A stretch of 63,962 bases of DNA, the filler included, from an uncultured bacterium (GTDB taxonomy: Bacteria; CAYSBA01): assembly GCA_964429075.1 (NCBI GenBank). It is 6 parts of 6 records of this genome, joined end to end, with 100 filler letters (N's around TTAATTAATTAA, not from the genome) between each part and the next. Parts side by side here need not be neighbours in the genome. Positions count along the whole stretch, not along the records: positions 1 to 11,088 come from CAYSBA010000013.1; positions 11,189 to 22,142 come from CAYSBA010000014.1; 4 more parts are not named here. One strand, 5' to 3'. The notes beneath the pieces were generated by a model. It saw only the letters and a program-made list of their open reading frames with translations, was not told the origin of the DNA and searched no databases. Below are positions 8,300 through 18,541 of this stretch, in pieces (within the stretch, counting starts at the first letter, position 1; every line of letters starts with the position of its first letter). The position numbers and the translations under genes are program-made.

Positions 8300-10210
8300 T
8301 TATTTTGATTTCTCTACATACAAAAGAAGATTCTTATCCACCCGGCAGCAATAACCCTGTGGTACAAGGAAGATGGAAGAGTAGTCTACTACAAGTAAAG
8401 GACCTCTATAAATCCTTTCAGGCTCCATGTCAGTTCTTTTAATATGTGACCTGTTTTCAGAATTTATATCAAATTTATCAGTTATAATCTGAGGAAGTTT
8501 GCTGTCTGATTCCACAACCGTTCCTCTCACTGTTAGATTTGCAATCTCTATTTCAGAATCAATGGTATAACCAAAGTATCTTTTATAGTTTAATTCAAAA
8601 ACAGCGGCCGGTTTTTGACATATAGAAATCGGGATTGTAGACTCCTGCCCTCTGTAACGCATATGTAGAACTACTTCCCACACTATATTTGTCCTATCTT
8701 CTTCAGCAAGCTCAAGGGTTATCTCATCTTTCAACTCAGATATCATCTTATAAACTTGTTCAGATAGAGTCTCTGACTTATGGATAGTCTTAAAAATTGA
8801 TACTGTCCTGCCAAGGCTCCTGTTACATACCAGCATGCCAGTAGCAGAAAAGACACCCGGCTCCTGAGGTGATACAACCCGCTTTATGCCACATATTTCA
8901 GCAACCGATACTGCATGAAGGCCAGATGCACCACCATATACAAACAGGGTACAGCTTGCAGGATCTACCCCGTTTCTGATACAGATTCTTCTTATTGCAC
9001 CTGCCATATTTTGGTTTACAATCGATAATGCTGCATTACAAAATGATATGGGATCAATTCCAAAAGTGGAGGCAGTTTTATTGATTAGCCTTTGAGAATG
9101 TGATGGAAATATTTCAAAGCTGCCACCACAAAGGCCCTCCTGAGGTATCCTTTTCATATAGAGGTTTACATCTGTAATAGTAACTCTGTTGCCACCTCTG
9201 TTATAACATGCTGGACCAGGATCTGAACCCATACTCTCTGGACCCACAAAAATACGTCCTGCTGGATCAAAATCTACAATCGATCCACCACCAGCACCTA
9301 TAGTCTCTATGTCAATGGTTTCAATACCAAGGGGAAGCCCCCTTATTCTCAGTCTGTTTGTGTAAGTAGCTCCATTTACAATCAGTGAAACATCTGTCGA
9401 TGTGCCGCCCATGTCAAGGGTAATCAATGGTCCTAACTTCTTTAAAAAGGACAAAGCTCCACCTACACCACCAACAGGGCCGGATAGTACTGTAAGGATC
9501 GGGTATTTTGATGCTGTGCTCTCTGTTATTGTGCCCCCTTCTGAGTTCATTATCATAAGATTTTTAATCTCTCTGGATAAACGGGAGAAATAATCACGAC
9601 ACAGTGGACCAATGTAGGAGTTCAAAACCGTCGCAGAAGTTCTTGTAAATTCTCCATAAGTCCGTGTTATATCTGTTGATATGCTGAGAAATTTATCAGT
9701 TGTCTCAAGTGACCCTTTCAGTATTTTTTCATGCTCTCTATTTCTGTAGGAGAACAAAAGACAGACTGCAATTGCGTCAAAATGCATTTTAGAAAGTCTT
9801 TCTTTAATCCTTTTTATTTCATTATCTGAAATGGGAATTATTACATTTCCATCCTTATCAATCCTCTCTTTTACACCTATCCTGTTTTCTCTTTTCACCG
9901 GTACAAAGTGCTTTTCAGCCCCAAGGGAAAACAGCTTTATTCTGTTTTGTCTACCAATCTCTATAACATCTTCAAATCCATATGTTGTGATAAGCACAAC
10001 CTCAGAACCCCTACCCTCTAAAATAGCATTTGTGCCAACTGTTGTTCCGTGAATGACAACAGGATTCTTATTTAAAACAGCCTTTAATCCTTCAAGGACA
10101 ACTCTATCTGGGGCATCCTTATCAGAAGGTAGCTTAAAGATACGAATCCTTTTATCTTCTAATATACAGAAGTCTGTAAATGTCCCGCCAGTATCTACGG
10201 CGGCAATCAA
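8300..10210 (-). CDS. Hydantoinase/oxoprolinase family protein (A subunit, ATP-binding)
   Basis: DTGGTFTD, HGTTVGTNA, SGPVGG, DMGGTSTD, IGAGGGS, GPES.GSDPGP. Confidence 0.9.
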   Translation of the reverse strand: MIAAVDTGGTFTDFCILEDKRIRIFKLPSDKDAPDRVVLEGLKAVLNKNPVVIHGTTVGTNAILEGRGSEVVLITTYGFEDVIEIGRQNRIKLFSLGAEKHFVPVKRENRIGVKERIDKDGNVIIPISDNEIKRIKERLSKMHFDAIAVCLLFSYRNREHEKILKGSLETTDKFLSISTDITRTYGEFTRTSATVLNSYIGPLCRDYFSRLSREIKNLMIMNSEGGTITESTASKYPILTVLSGPVGGVGGALSFLKKLGPLITLDMGGTSTDVSLIVNGATYTNRLRIRGLPLGIETIDIETIGAGGGSIVDFDPAGRIFVGPESMGSDPGPACYNRGGNRVTITDVNLYMKRIPQEGLCGGSFEIFPSHSQRLINKTASTFGIDPISFCNAALSIVNQNMAGAIRRICIRNGVDPASCTLFVYGGASGLHAVSVAEICGIKRVVSPQEPGVFSATGMLVCNRSLGRTVSIFKTIHKSETLSEQVYKMISELKDEITLELAEEDRTNIVWEVVLHMRYRGQESTIPISICQKPAAVFELNYKRYFGYTIDSEIEIANLTVRGTVVESDSKLPQIITDKFDINSENRSHIKRTDMEPERIYRGPLLVVDYSSIFLVPQGYCCRVDKNLLLYVEKSK

Positions 10211-10222
10211 TCTCTAACCCCT

Positions 10223-10693
10223 TTATGTATGTTTGCTTGAAAGGAGCTGTTTTGTAAAGGATAGATCTTCGGTTGTGTTTCTTAGTCTTTTGGAGAGTCC
10301 CATACTAAGTTTTCTATAGAATTTAAATCCCATTTTTGGGTTGTTTTCAAACAGCTGGTCCAATTTATTTACATCAAATTTGATCAGTTCTGTATGTTCA
10401 TTTGCGACCACAGTTGCTGATCGTGGTTGTCTATCTGCAATGGTCATCTCTCCAAAATGTGCGCCAGTTCCAAGCACAGCTACCTGAGACTCATTCCCAG
10501 CTCTATCCTCCTTAATAATCTTTACAGAACCGATTTTTATAACATACAAAGAGTCCCCTATATCACCTTCGTGAAATATTGTATCTCCCTGATAGAAACT
10601 GCAGCTTTCGGCAACTGTTGCAAGATCTTCAAGCTCTTCCTCTTCCATATCCCTGAATAGATAGACATTTTTTAAAATTTCTACCATATCCAT
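10223..10693 (-). CDS. Stand-alone cyclic nucleotide-binding domain protein
   Basis: IFHEGDIGDSLYVI, HFGEM, PRSATVVA; no Crp HTH; start at MDMVEIL. Confidence 0.88.
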   Translation of the reverse strand: MDMVEILKNVYLFRDMEEEELEDLATVAESCSFYQGDTIFHEGDIGDSLYVIKIGSVKIIKEDRAGNESQVAVLGTGAHFGEMTIADRQPRSATVVANEHTELIKFDVNKLDQLFENNPKMGFKFYRKLSMGLSKRLRNTTEDLSFTKQLLSSKHT

Positions 10694-10694
10694 C

Positions 10695-11088
10695 TTAATC
10701 CCCCGATTTTTTTGTGTTAACGATAACGATATTTTCAGATTTAAAGTATCTCTCAAATTCATCCTTATGTGATTTCACAGCACCACCTGTTATAACAGCA
10801 GACAATCTTTTTATATCAAGGTATTTTCTGGCAGCTTTCAATATTTCATCCTTTGTTACATTTTCTATGGATGAGATGTAGTTTTCAAAAAAATCATCCT
10901 TCAGGCCAAGTAGGTCCATTTTTGCACGCAATATTGCAATTTTATGCCATGAATCTCCCTTAAAGACAAATCGCCTGACAATCGCCTCCTTTGCCCTATT
11001 TAGTTCATCATCAACAACACCCTTTTCTATCATGGCCTTTAGTTCATCAACCAGACCTTTAAAGGAATTTACAGACTGCTGATTTCTT
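10695..11088 (-). CDS. M16 family peptidase, C-terminal fragment (truncated by contig end)
   Basis: DELNRAK...YISSIENVTKDEILKAARKYL is typical of the pitrilysin-family C-terminus. Confidence 0.75.
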
Positions 11089-11188
11089 NNNNNNNNNNNN
11101 NNNNNNNNNNNNNNNNNNNNNNNNNNNNNNNNTTAATTAATTAANNNNNNNNNNNNNNNNNNNNNNNNNNNNNNNNNNNNNNNNNNNN
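11089..11188. other. Artificial contig spacer
   Basis: 100 nt of N with TTAATTAATTAA (stops in all frames) at the centre. Confidence 0.99.
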
Positions 11189-12305
11189 TGAACTGCTCAA
11201 TATGTATAAGTATGAAAATAAAAACATAAAGATTGAATTCATAGATCCCTATAAACATCCAGATAAGGTTGAAAAATACAAGATTACATCGGATGGAAAA
11301 AGGATAGTAATCAAATACGAGAAAAGAGAGGTAAAGGTCAAGGAAATAACAGAAGAGGCCATTACAAAGGCACTGATAAGTATTACAAAATCTAAGACAC
11401 CCAAAATATATTTTGTGGTTGGTCATGGAGAAGAATCCATTGAAGATAAAAGTGACAATGGGTTAAAGGATTTTGCAGATGCATTAAAGGGTGAGGGTTA
11501 CGATGCAAAGACTCTGAATCTCTCAACAAGTAAGGTCCCTGAGGATGCATCCTGTGTAATTCTTGCAAATCCACAGACACAGCTGTTGACACCCGAACTG
11601 AATGCCCTAAAAGACTATTTAGACAAAGGTGGAAGGATGGCTGTATTTGTAGAGCCCACCACCAATCAAGATATACGGACATTCTTAGAGAACTACGGTG
11701 TTACCTTTTCAGGACGTACAATTGTTGATAGAATGTCAAGGATATTCAACATGGGTGCAAACATACCTGTAATTTTTCCTTCCAAAGGTCATCCGATAAA
11801 CAAGAATTTTGAGATCAACATATTCTTTCCAACAGCAACCGATCTTTCAGAGGTTAAGGATCATGACAAGAGTCTTAAGATACAAAAGCTTGCTACAACA
11901 AGTCCTGCAAGCTGGGCCGACAGCGATATATCCTCAGGTGTAGCAAAATTTGATCCTGCTACCGACAGAAAAGGACCGGTTGAGGTTGCCATGACTGTTA
12001 CAAAAAAGATCGGCACTCAAAAGGACTCAAAAGATGAAATGAGGCTCGCAGTCTTTGGTGATTCAGGATTCATTACTCAAAAATTCATAAATTTTAGCGG
12101 CAACAAAGATTTTGCTCTTAACACAATCAACTGGCTAACCCAAAGAGAAGAAATGATCACAATAAGGCCCAAGAGGCGTAAAGGTGGGATGATATTTCTC
12201 ACCAAGGTACAGGCCAATATATTGCAATATGGTACCCTCTATGTCCTTCCACTTATATTCTTTGGACTTGCAGTCTTTACTTTCAGACGGAGGAGGAGAA
12301 AGTGA
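11189..12305 (+). CDS. GldG-family ABC-type transport auxiliary protein (5-prime partial)
   Basis: IEFIDP, YFVVGHGE, YLDKGG, VFGDSGF, NKDFALNTINWL, C-terminal TM helix plus RRRRK. Confidence 0.85.
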
Positions 12306-13729
12306 GTTTTTTTAAAGAAAATCTCACTAAATTGATTTTGAGCCTTGTTATTCTTGGTATAGTCGGATGGTATGCCATCTCTGTTGAGTACCAAAAACAG
12401 AAAAAAGAGATAGAAAAGATCGAAAAAAAGGGCCTCCTTTTTGATGTTAAAAAAGAAGACATCAATGAGATTAAAATACAAAGAGGTGAAAAAGAAGATA
12501 TAGTTATTTCAAAAGAGGGGAAAAACTGGTATGTAAAAAAACCTGTTAATGCTCCTGGTGATGAAGGAAATATAAAACAAATTCTAAATAAGCTTACATC
12601 TGCAAGATTCACTGAACAGCTAAAGGATGCAGATCCGTCTCAATATGGACTTGATAAACCCTATTTGAAAATAACCTTTAAAACTAAAGATGGAGGGAAG
12701 CACTGGATATCCTTTGGGAAAAAGAATAGTTTTAATTCAAACTATTATGCCATGTTATCTAAAAAGGCTGGTGTTGTTATGGTCCCGGCTCATGTAAAAA
12801 ATACCCTTGATAAAAAGATTTTTGATATTAGGAGGAAAAATCTTCTGAGTTTCAATAATAATGATATAAAAAAGATTGATGTAACCTACTTTAAAACTTC
12901 ATATATTTTAATGAAAGAAAAAAAAGACTGGATCCTTAAAAAACCAGTGGAGCTTCAAGCAGACAGAAGTACCGTATCAACACTACTTGCTAGCATTAGA
13001 GGCATCAGGGCAAAATCATTTCTCGATGACAAAAAGGATATAGATAAGATTCTAAAATCAAAGCCTGTCGCAAAGGTTGTACTTATTGATAAAAATGGGA
13101 AAGAGTCTGCCATCAGTGTATATGAAAATAAAAAGGATCTGTTTGCTAAGGTTACTGGATATGATTGGCTTGCTGAGGTTGAAAAAAAATCACTCGAAAA
13201 ACTCAAAAAGACACCCAAGGATCTTAGAAATCGTCAACTTTTCAATTTTGATACAAAAAAGGTCTACTATCTTGCAGTAAATAAACCTGGTGAGAGCTAT
13301 ATGCTCAAAAAGGTAATGAAGGACGAAAAAAAGAATATCTATGATTGGGTACTCGAAAATCCAAAGAAAAACAGAGGTATTATCAAATATAAAGTCAACT
13401 CAATGGTCTCAGATATAAGGTATCTACGTGCAATCGATTTTATAGATTCACCCAAATCAGACAGGATAAAATTTTTTGCAAGTGGCAAAGAAAAGGGCGA
13501 AATAATCCTTCAGGACAAGGACAAAAAGGAACTTGCACACATATATGTTGACACAAAGATAGATGAGACAAACCCCTATGGAGCAAAATCAGGATTTCTT
13601 GTAAAAAAGTCACTTGACGATAAAACTATATATGTTATATCCGAGAGTGTAATAAACAGGATAAAATGGGACCTTGATGATATTCTCAAAAAGTCTGAAA
13701 AAACACCCAATAAAGAGTCTAAAAAATAA
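12302..13729 (+). CDS. DUF4340 domain membrane-anchored protein
   Basis: N-terminal TM, repeated modules (YGLDKP; R.K.L..F), GTGA-coupled to the GldG gene. Confidence 0.8.
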   Translation: MSFFKENLTKLILSLVILGIVGWYAISVEYQKQKKEIEKIEKKGLLFDVKKEDINEIKIQRGEKEDIVISKEGKNWYVKKPVNAPGDEGNIKQILNKLTSARFTEQLKDADPSQYGLDKPYLKITFKTKDGGKHWISFGKKNSFNSNYYAMLSKKAGVVMVPAHVKNTLDKKIFDIRRKNLLSFNNNDIKKIDVTYFKTSYILMKEKKDWILKKPVELQADRSTVSTLLASIRGIRAKSFLDDKKDIDKILKSKPVAKVVLIDKNGKESAISVYENKKDLFAKVTGYDWLAEVEKKSLEKLKKTPKDLRNRQLFNFDTKKVYYLAVNKPGESYMLKKVMKDEKKNIYDWVLENPKKNRGIIKYKVNSMVSDIRYLRAIDFIDSPKSDRIKFFASGKEKGEIILQDKDKKELAHIYVDTKIDETNPYGAKSGFLVKKSLDDKTIYVISESVINRIKWDLDDILKKSEKTPNKESKK

Positions 13730-13752
13730 TAACTCAATTGACGGAGAAAGTT

Positions 13753-13971
13753 ATGGCCCGGATAACTGTTGAAGATTGCCTGAACAAGATACCAAATAGA
13801 TACCTTTTATGTCATCTTGCAATCAAAAGAACCCTCATGCTCAATGAAGGTATTAAACCACTGGTATACCATCCTAAAAACAAATTACCAGTTCTGGCTT
13901 TAAGAGAAATAGCTGCAGGTTATGTAACAATAAAAAAAGAAGATATGGATAAGTTAAAAGACTATATCTGA
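13753..13971 (+). CDS. rpoZ: RNA polymerase omega subunit
   Basis: [10 protein letters not shown]...NRYLL...ALREIAAG. Confidence 0.95.
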   Translation: MARITVEDCLNKIPNRYLLCHLAIKRTLMLNEGIKPLVYHPKNKLPVLALREIAAGYVTIKKEDMDKLKDYI

Positions 13972-13977
13972 AAACTA

Positions 13978-14865
13978 TTATAACAAAACAAAAAGCCTTT
14001 CTCTCTTTAAATTTATTGTGAAAAGTCGGTCAACCCCAAGGGCCACACCAGAACACTCTGGTAGTGTTTTTATTGAATTTATAAAATCATTATCAATTGG
14101 TTGAATAGGATATCCTTTATTTTTTCTTTCCATGTTCCATTTCTCAAATCGTCTTACATACTCTTCTGGATCGGTAAGCTCAGAATATCCATTTGCAATC
14201 TCTATACCCTTTATAAAATATTCAAATCTCTCTGCATGAATACCATCATCAGATATCCTTGACTGAGAGGCCTCATATACCGGGAAATCATATAGAATAA
14301 GCCTGTCAATTTTTGAAATTTCTGGCAAAAGGCCTTTTACAAAAAGAAAATTAAAATGATCGCTTTCACAACTGAAATCTCGCTTTGTAATCGATNNNNN
14401 NNNNNAAAGCCCCTTTAAATCTATCCTACAGATGTTAGAGATTCCAAGAAATCTTTTGAAGGCATCGTCAATGCTCATTATAACCGGTTTATTCTCATCC
14501 TGCATCACCTTCTGAATAAGATCCGATACGAGGTCAATATTGTATGTATAATCTACTCCGACCTTGTACCACTCAAGCATTGTAAAGTTTAACCAGTGCC
14601 AATTAGATACCTCTTTTTTTCTAAAGACCTGACATATCTGAAATATATCAATTGATTTTTGTGAAAGAATCTTTTTCATCCAGGTCTCGGGCGATGTCTG
14701 CAGAAACAGGTCATCTTCAAGTCTATAGGCTACTACTTCAACATCACTCCCCGGCATTCTTAAAAGAGCAGGTGTAAATACCTCAACAAAACCAAGCTCA
14801 GAAAAGAAATCTCTTATTTGCCTGATAAATCTGGAAAACTCTAAAATGTAATCTATCTTTTCCGT
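13978..14865 (-). CDS. epmA: EF-P beta-lysylation ligase EpmA/GenX (LysRS catalytic-domain paralog)
   Basis: LQTSPE, VFR, FTMLEWY, AERFE, EIANGYSEL, GVALGVDRL; no anticodon domain; the frame stays open upstream of ATG 14757 and includes motif 1; 10-N gap at 14396-14405. Confidence 0.85.
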   Translation of the reverse strand, partial: TEKIDYILEFSRFIRQIRDFFSELGFVEVFTPALLRMPGSDVEVVAYRLEDDLFLQTSPETWMKKILSQKSIDIFQICQVFRKKEVSNWHWLNFTMLEWYKVGVDYTYNIDLVSDLIQKVMQDENKPVIMSIDDAFKRFLGISNICRIDLKGLXXXXSITKRDFSCESDHFNFLFVKGLLPEISKIDRLILYDFPVYEASQSRISDDGIHAERFEYFIKGIEIANGYSELTDPEEYVRRFEKWNMERKNKGYPIQPIDNDFINSIKTLPECSGVALGVDRLFTINLKRERLFVLL

Positions 14866-15311
14866 TTTAATACCCCTGTATCAATAATAATAGTAACAGG
14901 TCCATCATTTGTAAGCTCTATCTCCATATGGGCCCTAAATCTACCGGATTGTACCTTACCATGCATCTTCTGTACAATATCAACAAACTGTTCAAACATC
15001 TTCTCTGCCCTCTGTGGCTCCATTGCCCGATTAAACGATGGTCTCATCCCCTTTTTAACATCAGCTGCAAGGGTAAATTGACTTACAAGCAGGATACTGC
15101 CACCAATGTCAGATACAGAAAGATTCATCTTACCAAAGGGATCTTCAAATATCCTTAGACCACAGATCTTTTTTGCCATCCATACAAGATCATCTTCAGT
15201 ATCACCCTCTACAAGACAACAAAAAACAACAAGTCCTCCGTTATTAGATGCTATCTCTTTATTATCGACCCTGATCAGGGCCCTTTTTACCCTTTGTACT
15301 ACTGAAATCAT
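14853..15311 (-). CDS. dtd: D-aminoacyl-tRNA deacylase
   Basis: VVQRV, LRIFED..GKMNLS, SQFTL, NDGPVT. Confidence 0.96.
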   Translation of the reverse strand: MISVVQRVKRALIRVDNKEIASNNGGLVVFCCLVEGDTEDDLVWMAKKICGLRIFEDPFGKMNLSVSDIGGSILLVSQFTLAADVKKGMRPSFNRAMEPQRAEKMFEQFVDIVQKMHGKVQSGRFRAHMEIELTNDGPVTIIIDTGVLKRKR

Positions 15312-15315
15312 AGTC

Positions 15316-15344
15316 TTGACAATAAATTATATTGATATTATTTT
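15316..15344 (+). promoter_or_regulatory. Sigma70-type promoter pointing into the dtd-nuoG gap
   Basis: TTGACA-17 nt-TATTTT. Confidence 0.5.
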
Positions 15345-15350
15345 AATAAT

Positions 15351-15427
15351 CATAACATTGGAGTTCCCTCCATCATTGCCTCCTTATCCGGCAGGCCAAT
15401 CCCCTCTCCCCTGCCTGCCGGATTTTA
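15351..15427 (+). ncRNA. Candidate small RNA with C-rich anti-SD motifs
   Basis: Upstream promoter, CCCTCC / GCCTCCTT / CCCCTCTCCCC motifs, terminal hairpin plus T tract; family unassigned. Confidence 0.45.
15386..15426 (+). terminator. Intrinsic terminator-like hairpin
   Basis: ATCCGGCAGGC-16 nt-GCCTGCCGGAT, a perfect 11-bp stem followed by TTT; abuts the nuoG stop. Confidence 0.7.
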
Positions 15428-16873
15428 AATAAATTCAAGCCTTTTACTTATCTCGTTTACAATTTCGGAAAGATCTCTATAGGGAGACAACTTTGTGTAA
15501 TGTAGATTTGATGGACTGAAACTCGCTTCATAACCATCTATATTTGTAAATGATCCATAACTCATATATGGAGAACGCACAGGGAAGAAAATTGAACGCT
15601 TTGTATCTGAAAGACTTTTTCTTCTACCAAAAAGTATCATCTCTTTAAATCCACCAAAAATACTATCTAATCCTTCCCATGGCCCCTCTGTACCAAACAT
15701 AATCAATATCTCTCCATTTTCCTTTTTCAATTCATCAGCCATAAAAACCTGAACACTAGCCTCTTTCAATCGATCTTCTACACCCTTTCTATTTGGATTT
15801 CTATCTCCAGTGTATAGAAACTCATCCCCATTTTCATTCGGCAATCCACCCACAAAGATTCTGTCTATGCCTAAGATTTTTGTGATAAATTCAAGGATTG
15901 TATCTGTCTCTTCGTTGGAATTCCAGTATGAAAGATAAACAAAAATTCCATCTCTTTTATCCTTTATAAATGGATGAAGCTTGCCAGCGATCGTATCAAG
16001 GAGAGTCTCTTCGTCTAACTCCTCATCAAATAGCATTGGCTTTAATTCAAGATTTTCATTGTATAATTCATATAGTTTCCTTGAACGATCGCATATCCAA
16101 AACCTTTTGTCTTCAACAGAGATACGAGATGTTACCCGATAAAACTTTCTATCATCGTGCCAGAGATAAATATAACAGCCCCTGCTGCACAGCGGACATA
16201 TAGATTTAACCTTTCGCAAAAACCATACCCTCTTTTTGAACCTGAAATCAAGAGAGGTAAGAGCACCAACAGGGCAGATATCTGCCAAATTGTATTGATA
16301 TTCTCCCTCGAGTCTGGCCCCTGGCGCAAGATCTATATAACTTTTATTCCCCCTCCCAAAAACTCCAAGTACTGGCTCTTTTAATATCTCCCTCATATAT
16401 CTAACACAACGCCTGCAAAGGATACAGCGCTCATTATCAAGTACAATTTTTTCACTGAGCCTTTTTGCCTTTGGTCTTTTTATCTTCTCAAATTCAAACC
16501 TTGAGGGCATAAGATCGTAATCAAAATAATAATCCTGTAGATAACACTCTCCAGATTGATCACATATAGGGCAATCGAGAGGGTGATGTAAAAGCTGAAA
16601 CTCGACAATAGATCGCCTCACTCTCTTTATCCTGTCTGTATCGGTATGTATAACCATTCCATCCTGCACCTTAAGATGACAGGAAGGTACAGGTTTGGGC
16701 ATCTTTTCTACTTCAACAAGGCACATCCTGCAGTTGCCATCTATACTGAGACCCGGATGATAACAGTAATGCGGTATCCTTATCCCATTGTCGAGCGCTG
16801 CCCTCAACACAGTTGTTCCTACAGGGACAGTAAGCTCTCTACCATCTATAATTATCTTCACAGTCTCATTCAC
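15425..16873 (-). CDS. nuoG: NADH-quinone oxidoreductase subunit G (shortened C-terminal domain)
   Basis: CYHPGLSIDGNCRMC, HPLDCPICDQSGEC, CILCRRC...CPVGAL, CPLCSRGC...ICD; GTG start overlapping the nuoD stop. Confidence 0.85.
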   Translation of the reverse strand: MNETVKIIIDGRELTVPVGTTVLRAALDNGIRIPHYCYHPGLSIDGNCRMCLVEVEKMPKPVPSCHLKVQDGMVIHTDTDRIKRVRRSIVEFQLLHHPLDCPICDQSGECYLQDYYFDYDLMPSRFEFEKIKRPKAKRLSEKIVLDNERCILCRRCVRYMREILKEPVLGVFGRGNKSYIDLAPGARLEGEYQYNLADICPVGALTSLDFRFKKRVWFLRKVKSICPLCSRGCYIYLWHDDRKFYRVTSRISVEDKRFWICDRSRKLYELYNENLELKPMLFDEELDEETLLDTIAGKLHPFIKDKRDGIFVYLSYWNSNEETDTILEFITKILGIDRIFVGGLPNENGDEFLYTGDRNPNRKGVEDRLKEASVQVFMADELKKENGEILIMFGTEGPWEGLDSIFGGFKEMILFGRRKSLSDTKRSIFFPVRSPYMSYGSFTNIDGYEASFSPSNLHYTKLSPYRDLSEIVNEISKRLEFI

Positions 16874-18039
16874 CGGTCGCATTCACCTCCTATCATATTA
16901 ATAGATCCAAATGTGGGTATGATATCTGCAACTGTTTGATCCTTTAACATTGTTGATAAACCCTGCATCAGATAAAAACATGGTGGTCTTACCCTACAAC
17001 GGTATGGTCTACCAGATCCATCAGAAACAATATAAAATCCAAGCTCTCCATTCGCACCTTCAACATAACAGTAGATCTCTCCCTCAGGTACATGAATACC
17101 TTCCATAATTAGCTTGAAATGATTTATTTTTCCTTCAATAGATCCATATACCTGAGATTTATCCGGCAATACATAACGGGGATCATCGACATTAATCCTT
17201 CCTTCAGGGATCTTCTCTATAACCTGCCTTATAATCTTTATAGACTGCCTTATTTCCTCCATCCTGACCAAGTATCTGTCAAAATTATCACCTCTATCTC
17301 CAACAGGGATTTCAAAATCGAGTTCTTTGTAGATAAGATAGGGTTTTGCCTTTCTTACATCATAATCGACCCCGGTAGAACGTAAACATGGCCCTGTAAA
17401 ACCAAAGGCAATTGCATCCTCCTTAGATATCACTCCAACACCACGCATTCTATCGTAAAAGATCCTGTTTTTTGTAAGTAGACGATCGGTATCAACGATT
17501 GCCTCCTCAACTACCGTCAGTTCCTTTTCTACATGCTTTAAAAATCCATCTGGTAAATCGTATCTCAATCCACCAATACGGGTATAGTTAGTTGTCAATC
17601 TTGCGCCGGTTAATTCCTCTATCAACCACCAGAGATGCTCTCTTGCCCTGATAAGATAAAAAAATACAGTAAATGCACCAAGTTCCATTGCAGATGCAGC
17701 AATACATGTAAGATGATCGGTAATCCTTGAGATCTCTGATACAAGTACCCTTATATACTTACAACGGGGTGGTACATCGAGTCCTATAAGTTTTTCTACA
17801 GCCATTGCAAAGGCAACGTTATTTATAAGAGGGGATACATAGTTAAGTCTGTCGGTATAGGGAATACACTGTGTATAGGTACGATTTTCACATGTCTTCT
17901 CAAAGCCTCTATGTAGATAGCCTATCTGAGTATCTATATCGATTATATGTTCACCCTCCAGGGTCGTAACAAGACGAATTGTTCCATGCATTGCAGGATG
18001 AGACGGGCCAATATTATAAACAATCTTATTGCTTTCCAT
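16870..18039 (-). CDS. nuoD: NADH-quinone oxidoreductase subunit D
   Basis: NIGPSHPAMHG, GYLHRGFEK, YTDRLNY, C-terminal GECDR. Confidence 0.95.
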   Translation of the reverse strand: MESNKIVYNIGPSHPAMHGTIRLVTTLEGEHIIDIDTQIGYLHRGFEKTCENRTYTQCIPYTDRLNYVSPLINNVAFAMAVEKLIGLDVPPRCKYIRVLVSEISRITDHLTCIAASAMELGAFTVFFYLIRAREHLWWLIEELTGARLTTNYTRIGGLRYDLPDGFLKHVEKELTVVEEAIVDTDRLLTKNRIFYDRMRGVGVISKEDAIAFGFTGPCLRSTGVDYDVRKAKPYLIYKELDFEIPVGDRGDNFDRYLVRMEEIRQSIKIIRQVIEKIPEGRINVDDPRYVLPDKSQVYGSIEGKINHFKLIMEGIHVPEGEIYCYVEGANGELGFYIVSDGSGRPYRCRVRPPCFYLMQGLSTMLKDQTVADIIPTFGSINMIGGECDR

Positions 18040-18541
18040 TTTCAGCCTCATCCTTAATTATAATCTTCTTATAAATAGGTTGTTCGAGGTCTATTGGATA
18101 GTCTTTTCGCAAAGGATGGCCCTCAAATTCATCATATAGAAGAATCCTTCTAAGGTCCGGATGGCCTTCAAACCTTATACCAAACATATCATAGACCTCT
18201 CTTTCTGGCCAGTTTGCACCCTTCCAGATCGATGTTACAGAGCTTACCTTCGGGTCTTTATCTGAAACAGGGACCTTTAGCCTGATTCTATGACCCTTTG
18301 AAAGAGAATATAGATGATAGACCACTTTAAACCTCGGGTTCCAACCGAGCTCAAGACCATCTACAGCAGTAATGTCTACAAGCATGTTAAAATCTAAGGA
18401 GGAGTCCTCTTTCAGAAATCTACATACATCTATAAGTATGTCAGGGTGTATTTCAACAGTTTCATCACCTCTGAAGTTGTGGTGTGATATAACCTTATCT
18501 TTAAATTTAGATAGAATCTTATTTAAGACCCTTTTGCTCAT
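18026..18541 (-). CDS. nuoC: NADH-quinone oxidoreductase subunit C
   Basis: ANWPEREVYDMFGIRFEGHPDLRRIL, GHPLRKDYP. Confidence 0.95.
   Translation of the reverse strand: MSKRVLNKILSKFKDKVISHHNFRGDETVEIHPDILIDVCRFLKEDSSLDFNMLVDITAVDGLELGWNPRFKVVYHLYSLSKGHRIRLKVPVSDKDPKVSSVTSIWKGANWPEREVYDMFGIRFEGHPDLRRILLYDEFEGHPLRKDYPIDLEQPIYKKIIIKDEAENGKQ

Noticed and set aside
11133-11426. ORFs ending in X...LIN (also 43355-43555, 54000-54182, and the ftsZ end at 43548)
   Set aside because: They read through the artificial N/TTAATTAATTAA spacer
14396-14405. Possible disruption of epmA
   Set aside because: A 10-N scaffold gap with conserved motifs on both sides; not evidence of a pseudogene
15106-15432. 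108-aa plus-strand ORF with a Pro-rich tail
   Set aside because: Antisense to dtd; the Pro-rich end is just the translation of the C-rich hairpin region
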